DNA from: Patescibacteria group bacterium
GTDB taxonomy: Bacteria > Patescibacteriota > Patescibacteriia > Patescibacteriales > JBAZCA01
DNA: 64,000 nt
Direction of reading: 5' to 3'
Assembly: GCA_041671125.1 (NCBI GenBank)
Contig: JBAZCA010000003.1
Span: 689-64,688 of the forward strand
Both the position numbers and the translations under genes were made by a program. This document shows, piece after piece, positions 17,801 through 26,190 of this stretch (positions are counted from its first letter, which is position 1; each line of letters begins with the position of its first letter). Below the pieces are notes generated by a model. That model searched no databases. It had not been told where the DNA came from and saw nothing but the letters and a program-made list of their open reading frames with translations.

Positions 17801-18323
17801 TCCGCACCCAGATGACTTTATTGGCGTCGGTTTCAAACTCAAGCCAGGCGCCGCGGTTAGGGATTATTTTAGCGCCGTAGTACTTTCGGCCGCGGATATT
17901 TTCCGATGAAAAAATTACGCCGGCTGACCGGATAAGCTGGGAAACAACGACCCTTTCAATTCCGTTAATAATAAAAGTACCATTCTTGGTCATGATCGGC
18001 AGGTCGCCCAAAAATACTTCCTGCACGGCGCTTTGGCCGGTGCGCTTATTCGTCAGCCTGGTTTTTACGCGGAGCGGAGCTTCGTAGGTGATATTTTTAG
18101 CTTTGCTTTCGCTTTCGTTGAATTTCGGGTCATCCAGGTAATAGTCTTCAAAGTATAATTCCAGGTCCCGGCCGATAAAATCCGTTACCGGGGATATTTC
18201 ATCAAACAAATCAGTTAGTCCTTCGCCCATGAACCAGTCAAAAGAATTTTTCTGAAGCTCAATCAGGTTTGGAGTGAAGGATACTTTTGGAACTTCGGCT
18301 AAATACTTTCTTTTATTAGACAT
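14856..18323 (-). CDS. rpoB: DNA-directed RNA polymerase subunit beta
   Basis: 1155 aa with conserved GDKMAGRHGNKGV and RFGEMEVWALEGYGA. Sits upstream of rpoC in the canonical order. Confidence 0.97.
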   Translation of the reverse strand: MSNKRKYLAEVPKVSFTPNLIELQKNSFDWFMGEGLTDLFDEISPVTDFIGRDLELYFEDYYLDDPKFNESESKAKNITYEAPLRVKTRLTNKRTGQSAVQEVFLGDLPIMTKNGTFIINGIERVVVSQLIRSAGVIFSSENIRGRKYYGAKIIPNRGAWLEFETDANKVIWVRIDRKRKVAATSILRAFGFGADEEIHALFKSLYKEFDEAENYIAATIGKDAAQNEADGLKEVYKRIRPGDLATTDNARQLIYSMFFRFDRYDFGRVGRYKLNKRFKFDIPVNKETRILRKEDLIAILSEIIRLNITQKKEDDIDHLGNRRVRAIGELLQNKFRVGLARMERIIRDRMSTIDMDALTPNKLINARPVIGVVREFFMSSQLSQFMDQTNPLSELEHKRRLSAMGPGGLTRERAGFDVRDVHSTHYGRICPIATPEGPNIGLVNHLASFARLNNYGFLEAPYRKVLHDVENDPKITEGKIARKDIHEIKLQIQNSTRPNASGGRESQTEDQKEIKGKLLVKAGEVISKEKAREIREKVPHNKTIPIKPVVTDEIVYLDALEEERSITTSATTPTDNNNHFTVERAEVRKFGQPATEDTDKVDYLGVAANQIISVATSLIPFMEHDDGQRALMGTNMQRQAVPLINAEAPIIGTGVEALAARYSGHILIAEEDGEVIKSDSGSIAIREKGGKTASYQLTKFLRSNASTCINQRPIVSKGEKVKKGQVLTDSSAIDKGELALGKNVLVAFMTWEGFNYEDAIIISERMVANDTYTSIYIEDYSIDVRDTKLGPEAVTSDIPNISEEKLKNLDEEGIVRIGAKVSSGDILVGKITPKGETELSAEEKLLRAIFGEKAKDVRDSSLYLEHGEHGKVVDIKIFSREEGDKLSSGVIKTIQISVANLRKIQIGDKMAGRHGNKGVISKIVPVEDMPYLEDGTPADIILSPLGIISRMNLGQLLETHLGFAAKKLGYSVATPALNGISEKTITDELKRAGLPEHGKVTLYDGKTGVPYDHQITVGYKYMLKLNHMVEDKVHQRSIGPYSLITQQPLGGKAQFGGQRFGEMEVWALEGYGASHTLQEMLTIKSDDVPGRSKAYESIIKGEKIRKLNVPESFNVLVRELKGLGLDVELLNEDMQKVDFGENYIADKDEKKEGAQ
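16811..16858. repeat. GC hairpin plus heptamer array lying in frame inside rpoB
   Basis: cccgcccg..9 nt..(tt)cgggcggg followed by tggaatt ttgaatt tgtaatt. Translated as KLQIQNSTRPNASGGRES. The same CCCGCCCG...TTCGGGCGGGTG hairpin plus heptamers occurs intergenically at 52412-52507. Confidence 0.7.
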
Positions 18324-18867
18324 AAAAATACGCTCACTCCGCCTTTTGTCCGGACAGAGGAGACGATTTTAATTTTTTAATCAGGAGAGGTTTGAGTTTA
18401 AAAACACTTATTTTATTATCCCTTCCGGCGTATATGCCGGCCGGAAAAAAATTTATTTCAAAAACACAAAAAAAACGGGTTTTAATTTTCCGCCCCGTTC
18501 CGCGATGCCGCGGGATTAAGGAGGACAATTCCGTTTTTCAGTAAGTCCCGACTCTATCCATGGATTTTTTCGCCTTTTTAATCAAAGACGAATGGTTATT
18601 TAAAATTTGCGAAAAAATCAGCCAAAAAAGAAGTTCTTTTAATTAAGATTATATTAACAAACTCTTTCCAGAAAGTCAAGCCATTATATAAAATATTTTA
18701 AAAAAATGCAAGCTATTTATTTATGGCTAATATTAAATTAATTTTCAAACATTTCTATTAGCGTCATTCGCGCGCATTAGCATATTGGTGTTTCGTTCAC
18801 GTTGTAATATAACGCCAATACGCGAATTTATGCGAATACCGCGAATGAATATTGAAATTCCTTTGCG

Positions 18868-20289
18868 TTAAATTAATTTTAATTCTTCGCGAACAACCGC
18901 CCGATCATCCCAAAGTAACTTTTCCCCATTAGCTACGCATATCGCCTGCTCGGATCCTTTACCGGTAATTAAAACTATGTCTCCGGTTCCGGCTGATCGC
19001 AAAGCTTTTTTTATAGCCATCCGGCGGTCAAGGACTTTAAATAAATTTTCGTTCATTGTTTTGCCGTTGTTCTCCGCTCCTAAAGATACTTGGTCAATAA
19101 TCACTCCCGGATCGTCGTCATAAGGGTCTTCGTTCGTAACGATGATCATGTCGGCATTGCGGGCGGCGATTCGTCCGAGTTCCGGGCGCCGGGCCTCATC
19201 CCTTCCGCCGCCGGCCGATCCGAGGACATGGATAATTTTTTTATGGGGAACCATGGCAACAAGCTCGTAAAGCTTAATTATCGCTTTGGGCTCAAAAGCG
19301 TAATCCACAATCACCGTGAACGGCTGGCCTTCATCAATTCTCTCCAACCGGCCAGGGATGCCGGAAATTTTTTCCAGGCCAATTTTTATTTTTTCCAAGG
19401 CTATCCCCTGCGATATGCCGAGGCACGCGGCCAGGCCGGCGTTCACCGCGTTAAATTCACCGAGCAATTTTAAATCTATTCTTTTATCTAAAATTCTAAA
19501 GCTCACGCCTTCTGCGCCAGCTTTCACACCATCAAGCGATATTGTCTCTACTCCCGAATCAAACTTTCTGTTTACTATTTCCTCTGCCTTGCTGGCAGGT
19601 AGGTGTTTACTATTTACTAAAACATATTTTTCTTCGGCCCAGAATTTAATAAAATATCCCGCCTGTTCGTCGTTGCCGTTAACGATAATCGTTTTTTTCA
19701 CCCGGTTTAATTCAATTTTTTTCAGGCTGGATATTCGGCCGCTCACTTTCTTTTCTTCGTCGCAGTATTTTGTTTTACATTTTTTTAAATGGGCGAATAA
19801 CCGGCCTTTAGCTTCTTTATAATTTTCAAAACTGCCGTGCGATTCAATATGTTCCGGGTAAAGCCCGGTAAAGATTAAAACATCATAATTGATAAACCGA
19901 TGGCGAAACTGCGTTATCCCTTCGGAAGTAGTCTCCACGATGGCGTATTGGCAACCGTTTCGGGTCATGTCCCGCAAAATTTTCTGGGTAAAAAACCGGC
20001 CGACCATGGTCATTTTTTTATCATTCAGCCACTCTTTTTTTCCGTCATTAAATATGGCAGTTGAAGTAAAACCGGCTCTATAGCCGGCCGCCTCAAGCGT
20101 CTTAGCGATAAGGTAAGCACAGGTGGTTTTTCCGGTCGTGCCGGTCACGCCAATGACGATTAATTTTTCCGAAGGCCGGCCGTACCACATAGCCGCCACA
20201 GCGCCCATAATAAAATGATAGGCCGGTTGCAAGGCTTTGAATATTTTTTTTGGGATTAGTTTTTTAATAAAATTTAATATCTTATTCAT
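18868..20289 (-). CDS. Mur ligase family protein (MurE-like UDP-MurNAc-dipeptide--amino acid ligase)
   Basis: P-loop VIGVTGTTGKTT and Mur ligase middle and C-terminal regions (GSAGGGRDEARRP, VTNEDPYDDDP). Substrate specificity is not assignable by eye. Confidence 0.7.
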   Translation of the reverse strand: MNKILNFIKKLIPKKIFKALQPAYHFIMGAVAAMWYGRPSEKLIVIGVTGTTGKTTCAYLIAKTLEAAGYRAGFTSTAIFNDGKKEWLNDKKMTMVGRFFTQKILRDMTRNGCQYAIVETTSEGITQFRHRFINYDVLIFTGLYPEHIESHGSFENYKEAKGRLFAHLKKCKTKYCDEEKKVSGRISSLKKIELNRVKKTIIVNGNDEQAGYFIKFWAEEKYVLVNSKHLPASKAEEIVNRKFDSGVETISLDGVKAGAEGVSFRILDKRIDLKLLGEFNAVNAGLAACLGISQGIALEKIKIGLEKISGIPGRLERIDEGQPFTVIVDYAFEPKAIIKLYELVAMVPHKKIIHVLGSAGGGRDEARRPELGRIAARNADMIIVTNEDPYDDDPGVIIDQVSLGAENNGKTMNENLFKVLDRRMAIKKALRSAGTGDIVLITGKGSEQAICVANGEKLLWDDRAVVREELKLI

Positions 20290-20290
20290 A

Positions 20291-20319
20291 TTGACAAAAC
20301 TATCAACTTAAACTAAGTT
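20291..20319 (+). promoter_or_regulatory. putative sigma70-type promoter for the small ORF at 20364
   Basis: TTGACA (20291-20296), 17-nt spacer, TAAGTT (20314-20319). Confidence 0.35.
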
Positions 20320-20363
20320 ACAAACTATAAGAGAAAATCGTTCACTCAACTAAGGAGGAGTAA

Positions 20364-20582
20364 ATGGCTAAAAAGGAAGAGGCAGTCGTGTTCGTAAATC
20401 GAGGCTTTGCCCCAAGAGATGAGGCTGAAGCAAATTTTCCTTGCGAATTCAGAGACCCCCCGTACTTTCTCGATGGCCAATTGGTCATTGACATAGTTGG
20501 CCGGGGGAGAGAGGTCCACACTGTGCCCATTAAAATCGGAGGAGATAACCTTACCATCGCTTCAAAGCTACCATGGAAATAG
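20364..20582 (+). CDS. hypothetical small protein (72 aa) with a canonical Shine-Dalgarno sequence
   Basis: AAGGAGG lies 5 nt upstream of the ATG, which is rare in this window. Has its own promoter-like and terminator-like signals. Opposite strand to both neighbours. One hand-counted 60-nt line gives 31/60 GC. Confidence 0.5.
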   Translation: MAKKEEAVVFVNRGFAPRDEAEANFPCEFRDPPYFLDGQLVIDIVGRGREVHTVPIKIGGDNLTIASKLPWK

Positions 20583-20624
20583 AACCTGTCGGTATTATCC
20601 CCCCGCATCCTACCTGACTCATCC

Positions 20625-20649
20625 CGAGGAAACTCCTCGAGATTTTTTT
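20625..20649 (+). terminator. weak intrinsic terminator after the small ORF
   Basis: cgagga / aac / tcctcg stem-loop followed by a T7 run. Confidence 0.35.
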
Positions 20650-21679
20650 AAAAAAATTTTCTTAAGACTCTAAAAACACTATATACCTTATACCACTTAT
20701 TTTCAAAGACCATATCAAACGTCCCCGGATAACTTATTTCTCTGCCGCCGAATCCCCGTTTAAAGCGTGTTACGCCCGGCCATTTTTTTTCGTCAATGCC
20801 GTAAAAATCATAATACCGGTAACCCTGGCACTTTGCCAGCTTAATCGTTTCCCACTGCAGAAGAAAAGGCGCCATTACGTTCCGGGATTCGCTTGAAGAG
20901 GCGCCGTGGATATAAGTAACCGTGTCCCCAAAAAATCCAACAATATTGGCCGCTATAACTCTACTGTTATATACGGCAAAATATAATTTAATCTTCAAGT
21001 TCTCCTTGCTGTTTTTTTCCCGGCTACAGTCTAATGACAGCATTTTGTCATAATATTTCTCCCCATGCAAACGAAAACCATCCCTCTTGCAGGTATCATC
21101 CAATAAGCACCAAAAACTATCAAATTCACCTGCCTCGGCCTCCCTGATAATTACCCCTTTTTTTTCCGCCAGCCGGATATTATATCTCGTTTTCGGATGC
21201 ATTTCTTTTAACAACTCTTCCTCGCTTACTGACAGGTTAAGGATTGCGGTTTTTGACGGCTGAACATCCAGCGTCCGCGCAAATTCCAAATTCTCCGCCA
21301 AAGGCGGATCCGCCTCGGGCAGGCAAATTCCAAATTCCAAATTATTTTCCGGTTCAAAACGCAGGAATATCGCATTTTGCTGTTTCGCCAAATCTTTAAT
21401 TGCGTCAAAAAATAATTTGTAATTTGGAATTTGTAATTTGTAATTAACGATCGGTCCTCTCGGACAATAAAAATAACTCTTGCCGAAAAAAAGCGGCTTT
21501 TTTATGAGTGTAGCCGCGGCAACCAGTTTTCCGCCGTCCTCCGCCCCCAGCCTGAATACTTTCTGTCCGGCCTTTTCCTGAAATTCTCCCCATTCCCAGG
21601 ATTGGTGAAAAACGCTGTTATCGGAATTACCAATAAATTCATTCAATATTTCTTTATGTTTAATAAAAACAATATTCAT
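20648..21679 (-). CDS. FemAB-family peptidoglycan interpeptide-bridge aminoacyltransferase (FemX-like)
   Basis: FHQSWEWGEFQEK, RYNIRLAEKKGV and YIHGASSSESRNVMAPFLLQWETIKLAKCQGYRYYDFYGI are typical of FemAB. Confidence 0.8.
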   Translation of the reverse strand: MNIVFIKHKEILNEFIGNSDNSVFHQSWEWGEFQEKAGQKVFRLGAEDGGKLVAAATLIKKPLFFGKSYFYCPRGPIVNYKLQIPNYKLFFDAIKDLAKQQNAIFLRFEPENNLEFGICLPEADPPLAENLEFARTLDVQPSKTAILNLSVSEEELLKEMHPKTRYNIRLAEKKGVIIREAEAGEFDSFWCLLDDTCKRDGFRLHGEKYYDKMLSLDCSREKNSKENLKIKLYFAVYNSRVIAANIVGFFGDTVTYIHGASSSESRNVMAPFLLQWETIKLAKCQGYRYYDFYGIDEKKWPGVTRFKRGFGGREISYPGTFDMVFENKWYKVYSVFRVLRKFF

Positions 21680-21703
21680 CTTGAATTGATTGATAATTGG
21701 TAA

Positions 21704-22279
21704 TTATTTTCCTAATTTTCTTAAAGCCTGGCGAATCCGCTCGCCCGAATCCTTGATATTCGCGTCCACTTCCCGCAAAGCCTCCCGCGCCTGCCCGAGA
21801 GAATAACCTAAGGCCATCAAAGCGTCAATCTCGTCGCCGGACGCTCCCATGCCGCCCGTACTTTTCTCGCCAGCCGGAAGATAGGCAATCTTATCCCTTA
21901 ATTCCAATACCACGCGTTCAGCAGTTTTTTTTCCGATGCCGGAAACTTTAGTTAAGAGGTGCGGGTCGCCGTGACTTATCGTTTCCTTTATTTCTTTGGG
22001 GCTGGCGATGGAGAGAACGCCCAAAGCCGACTTCGGGCCGATGCCGGAAACCGAGAGAAGCAGTTCAAAAAATTCCAGCTCTTCCAAAGTTTTAAACCCG
22101 AAAAGATCCAGCGAGTCTTCCCGGACATGCTGGTGGGTATAAAATTCCGCCGGCTCCCCGGCGGAGATTTCGCTAAAAGCCGGCGGACTTAAAAAAATCT
22201 TATAGCCGACGTCATGGGCTTCTAAAATCACGTAACCCTGGCCTTTGGCTAAAATTTTTCCTTTTAAATAAGAAATCAT
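21704..22279 (-). CDS. ruvA: Holliday junction branch migration complex subunit RuvA
   Basis: MISYLKGKILAKGQGYVILEAHDVGYKIF start and HhH motifs GIGPKSA / GIGKKTAERV. Start moved to the internal ATG at 22279 to remove the overlap with the upstream gene. Confidence 0.9.
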   Translation of the reverse strand: MISYLKGKILAKGQGYVILEAHDVGYKIFLSPPAFSEISAGEPAEFYTHQHVREDSLDLFGFKTLEELEFFELLLSVSGIGPKSALGVLSIASPKEIKETISHGDPHLLTKVSGIGKKTAERVVLELRDKIAYLPAGEKSTGGMGASGDEIDALMALGYSLGQAREALREVDANIKDSGERIRQALRKLGK

Positions 22280-22292
22280 AATATCCCGCGAC

Positions 22293-23612
22293 TCATAACC
22301 CATAGACCACAACACCTCTATTATCCGGGGCATGCTTTATAAGTCTTCTTAAGACGCTAAACTCAGGAATTAAAAAATTGCTTTCTATTAAAATCACCCG
22401 GTCGCTCCCGCCGTGCGCCTCAGCCAGATATTCGCCGGTCTCGGCGTCAGTCATATTATTCAGCTTCATTTTTATTATATCATAAACCGGGCTCACAATC
22501 TCAATTTCTTCGCCGACCCTTAACGTATTATGCACTTTAATACCTAACAAATATTTCTTATTTCTTACTTCTAACTTCTTGATTTTTACCACCTGCCCGC
22601 AAAATTCCCAATCGCAATTTTCTTTGGAAGTCGCGAGATTTTGCGCCAGCTTTCCCTCGTTAAAAAGAAACCCGGTCGTATAACCGCGGTTAAAAATTTT
22701 CTCTTCCAGATCGCTTTGCAACCGGCTGACCAGTTTAGCGTTACTCAAATTTTCCATGGCTTTTTTGTAAGCGCCAACCACGGTCGCGATATAATACACG
22801 CTCTTGGTCCGGCCTTCAATTTTAAAAGAAGTAACCCCGGCTTCAGCTAATTCCCGCAGATGTTTTATCAAGCACAAATCTTTTGAATTCAAAATATAAG
22901 AATAACCATCTTCCTCATAAAGTTCAAAGATGCCATTAACACCATCAGGGATGATCAACTTCTCACTTTTTACTTCTAACTTCTTACTTTTAACTTGATA
23001 CGGCCACCGGCAGGGCTGGACGCAGTCGCCGAGATTGGCGCTCCGGCCGGTTAAATATTTTGATAAAAAACAGCGACCCGAATAGGCCATGCACATGGCG
23101 CCATGGACAAAATATTCCAGTTCCAGTTTTGGCGCGGCTTTTTTTATGGCTTTAATATCTTTGAGGCTGGTTTCTCGCCCGAGAACAATCCGGCTGACAC
23201 CCTCTTTAAACCAGAACTTCGCGGCCGATGAATTTATACAATTCGCCTGGGTGGAAAGATGGATTATCGCTTTTGGCCAGATTTTTTTTACCGCGCTCAG
23301 TATGCCCGGATCGGAAATCACCAGGGCGTCCACTTTCATTTTTTTCATCTCCCGGATAATGCCGGGCAGTTTCTTAAAATGATCCTCGTGGGCGAAAATA
23401 TTAAACGTCGCGTAAACCCGCTTTTCCATCTTATGAGCGTAATCCACGGCTTTCTTAACAGACTTTAAATCAAAATCGTTAATCCGCGCCCGGAGCGAAT
23501 AATCCGGGATGCCGAGATAAACCGCGTCCGCCCCGAAAGCGAAAGCGGTCTTCATTTTTTCCAGGTTGCCGGCGGGAGCCAGGAGTTCAATTCTATTATT
23601 ATTCCTCATCAT
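22293..23612 (-). CDS. peptidase U32 family protein
   Basis: ELLAPAGNLEKMKTAFAFGADAVYLG and the ...EGR.KS..Y.. region. Contains two in-frame ACTTCTN heptamer arrays (22553-22587, 22958-22999). Confidence 0.85.
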   Translation of the reverse strand: MMRNNNRIELLAPAGNLEKMKTAFAFGADAVYLGIPDYSLRARINDFDLKSVKKAVDYAHKMEKRVYATFNIFAHEDHFKKLPGIIREMKKMKVDALVISDPGILSAVKKIWPKAIIHLSTQANCINSSAAKFWFKEGVSRIVLGRETSLKDIKAIKKAAPKLELEYFVHGAMCMAYSGRCFLSKYLTGRSANLGDCVQPCRWPYQVKSKKLEVKSEKLIIPDGVNGIFELYEEDGYSYILNSKDLCLIKHLRELAEAGVTSFKIEGRTKSVYYIATVVGAYKKAMENLSNAKLVSRLQSDLEEKIFNRGYTTGFLFNEGKLAQNLATSKENCDWEFCGQVVKIKKLEVRNKKYLLGIKVHNTLRVGEEIEIVSPVYDIIKMKLNNMTDAETGEYLAEAHGGSDRVILIESNFLIPEFSVLRRLIKHAPDNRGVVVYGL

Positions 23613-23625
23613 TATTAATTCCCTT

Positions 23626-25053
23626 TTACGCCTCTAAAAAAGCTTTGTAAGCGAGGTAGGCGCAGTAGAGGTCGCCTTTGGACGAAATTTCCAGCGGAGC
23701 GTGCATGTTAAAAAGCGGGATGCCCATATCAACCACCTCAATGTTGCGGTTGGCCAGGTACTTTGCGATCGTTCCGCCGCCGCCGGTATCAACTTTGCCG
23801 ATGCCGCCGCCAATCTGATAAATAATATTTTTGTCTTTCTTAAAAATAGTCCTTAATTCGGCGATAAATTCGGCCGAGGCTTCAGAGGTAGAATACTTTC
23901 CTCCGACGCCGGTATATTTTTCAATCGCCGCGCCGTAACTTAGGCGCGCGGCATTTCTTAAATCAAAAACATCCTTGTAATCAGGATCAACAGCTACTGT
24001 TACGTCCGCCGAAATGGCATGGCTCATGGAAAAAATATTATAAACGTCTTCCATGCTGGCCGCTCCGCCCGCGAGCTTTGATAATTCCAGGATAAAAGAT
24101 TCTAAAAAATAGGAGCGGGCGCTCGTATTGCCTTCGGAACCGATTTCTTCCCGCTCGGTCCAGACGGCGATCTGGGTTTCATTGGCCAGCTTCGCGTCCG
24201 CCATTGATTGCAATACGGCGTAAGAACAGGAACGATCATCCTGGCCGAAAGCGGAAATCATGGATCGGTCAAAGCCTAAATCGCGGGCTTTTTCAGACGG
24301 CACTACCTGCAGTTCGGCTGACGACAAATCTTCCTCTTTGATGCCGTATTCAGTATTTAAATACGTAAGAACCGCCAGCTTAACTTTTTCTTTTACTTTT
24401 TCATTTTCCACCGGCATGGATCCGACTACCAGGTTTAAATCTTCACCCTGCACTTCGCGGTTTTTCGGCGGAGTTCCCGGACCGCCGGCCCGGTCAAGAT
24501 GAGGCAGAAGATCGGTAATCATAAATATTGGGTCGTTCTCTTTTTCACCGATTACGATTTCCACGTCTTTGCCGTTTTCAAGATGGACGACACCGTGCAG
24601 GGCGAGGGCGATTGTCGGCCATTGGTATTTTTTAATTCCGCCGTAATAATGGGTCTTTAAAAAAGCCACGTTTTCTTCCTCGTACAACGGCTGGATTTTT
24701 AAATCAAGATGCGGCACGTCAACGTGCGACATCAGCATGCGAAAACCGTTTTTCAGCCCCTTTTTTCCGATCCGGGCGAGAAAAAGATTCCGGCCCCGGT
24801 TAACGGCGTAAACTTTATCGCCGACTTTTAAATTCTTCGCCTCTTTAATATCGCGAAACCCGGCCTGTCTGGCGAGCTTAACGCCTTGTCTAACGACCTC
24901 TCTTTCGGTTTTTCCTTTGTTTAGAAATTCCTTATAGGGTTCGGCGAAACGCATTGCTTCATTTTTAGTTTTTTCGTCCCAAACCTCCCAGACATTTTTC
25001 TTCGGGGTTTTTAACTCTTTTTCCAGTTTCTCGTAATCAATTTTTTTTGCCAT
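23626..25053 (-). CDS. M18-family aminopeptidase (aminopeptidase 1 type)
   Basis: MSHVDVPHLDLK, GQDDRSCSY and EREEIGSEG metal-site motifs. Start moved to the ATG at 25053 (MAKKIDYEK). Confidence 0.75.
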   Translation of the reverse strand: MAKKIDYEKLEKELKTPKKNVWEVWDEKTKNEAMRFAEPYKEFLNKGKTEREVVRQGVKLARQAGFRDIKEAKNLKVGDKVYAVNRGRNLFLARIGKKGLKNGFRMLMSHVDVPHLDLKIQPLYEEENVAFLKTHYYGGIKKYQWPTIALALHGVVHLENGKDVEIVIGEKENDPIFMITDLLPHLDRAGGPGTPPKNREVQGEDLNLVVGSMPVENEKVKEKVKLAVLTYLNTEYGIKEEDLSSAELQVVPSEKARDLGFDRSMISAFGQDDRSCSYAVLQSMADAKLANETQIAVWTEREEIGSEGNTSARSYFLESFILELSKLAGGAASMEDVYNIFSMSHAISADVTVAVDPDYKDVFDLRNAARLSYGAAIEKYTGVGGKYSTSEASAEFIAELRTIFKKDKNIIYQIGGGIGKVDTGGGGTIAKYLANRNIEVVDMGIPLFNMHAPLEISSKGDLYCAYLAYKAFLEA

Positions 25054-25084
25054 ATGGTTAATATAATAGTTAATATTTAGCGGG

Positions 25085-26182
25085 TTAGATAAAAAGGAAA
25101 TATATAAGCGCTCCGGCCGCCACGAGGAAACTATAGTTAATTTTAGCCGTAATGACAAGAGCTAACCCGTAAATGATTATCCGTCCGGCGTTAACCATTA
25201 TTTCCCGGGTAACAATAAATTCATCAATATTTTCGCTCTTGGCAAGGGAATAATTTATGGAATTAATGGGCACGGCCATTAAAATCATAAAAAATCCGGC
25301 TAAAATTGAAAGTATATAATAGACTTTTTCGTCCACGGCGAAATATCTTAAAATCCAGATAATAATCATGAACGCGGCTCCGATTTTCAGAAGCTTTTGC
25401 TTATTATATTTATCGGAAAATTTGCCGATTAGAAGGGTAAAAATAATTGCTCCAGCTCCGGCCATGGCGCCGATTGTTCCGACGGAAATGATGTTTTTAA
25501 ACGCGAGAAAAACAAAAATCGGCAATATAACCCCTTCAGCCTCGGCTACCAGATAATAATTCATGCTGGCGAAAAAAAATTTCCTGTGCTTTTTGAATAA
25601 TCGCCAGATTATTTTCGGCTGGAACCTAATTTTTGATTGCCAGTTTTTAAGGTAAAATAGCGGAACTGCGGCGATCAGGTGGACGGCGGCGCTTAAAAGA
25701 AATAGAAAATTATAGCCAAATTTAGCGGCGACCAGCGCGCCCGACAACGGAGCGACGATGGATAGAGCCTGAGTGTAAGCGCTTAGTTTTCCGACGTCCC
25801 GCCCCATCCGGTCTTCGCTCGCGGTCTGGGTAAAAATAACGTGATAGGGAAACCAATAAAAAGAAATCTGGATCGCGTGGATTATAGCTAAAGGAAAAAA
25901 TAGAAAGCCCGCCCGGGGAAGAAAAAAAAGCATTCCGAGCTGAAGGAACCGGAGCGGCAATCTCGCGAACAAACATCCTTTTACCCCGAACCGGGTGGCA
26001 AAAAAACCGGCGATAAAAAAGAAAACCGCGATCCCAAAACAGCAAATCAAAAAGTAAGTAAGAATTTTGGAAATTGAATAACCGAGGGAAATGAAATAAA
26101 TAGGAAGCAAAATTCCTATGAGAGTATAGGCAAACCAGTCAACGGAATGCATCACGTATAAAGCCCGAAGCTGTTTTTTCAT
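25085..26182 (-). CDS. MFS-type transporter
   Basis: 365 aa that is almost entirely hydrophobic helices, with a GKFSDKYNKQK loop resembling the MFS D-R/K-x-G-R-R/K motif. Confidence 0.6.
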   Translation of the reverse strand: MKKQLRALYVMHSVDWFAYTLIGILLPIYFISLGYSISKILTYFLICCFGIAVFFFIAGFFATRFGVKGCLFARLPLRFLQLGMLFFLPRAGFLFFPLAIIHAIQISFYWFPYHVIFTQTASEDRMGRDVGKLSAYTQALSIVAPLSGALVAAKFGYNFLFLLSAAVHLIAAVPLFYLKNWQSKIRFQPKIIWRLFKKHRKFFFASMNYYLVAEAEGVILPIFVFLAFKNIISVGTIGAMAGAGAIIFTLLIGKFSDKYNKQKLLKIGAAFMIIIWILRYFAVDEKVYYILSILAGFFMILMAVPINSINYSLAKSENIDEFIVTREIMVNAGRIIIYGLALVITAKINYSFLVAAGALIYFLFI

Positions 26183-26190
26183 AAAGAAAA

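Noticed and set aside
10833-18528. Numerous 60-110 aa ORFs antisense to, or out of frame within, rpoC and rpoB (for example 11120-11449, 16494-16823), plus 18334-18528
   Set aside because: They are fully embedded in two highly conserved genes read on the other strand. They show low-complexity, Ser/Phe/Leu-rich translations typical of antisense frames, and none has its own signals.
20342-20608. The minus-strand 88-aa ORF overlapping the small plus-strand gene
   Set aside because: It has no SD or promoter context. The plus-strand ORF has a perfect SD, a promoter-like hexamer pair and a downstream hairpin with a T-run. The translation of the minus-strand ORF is Ser/Thr/Pro-rich, as is typical of antisense frames.
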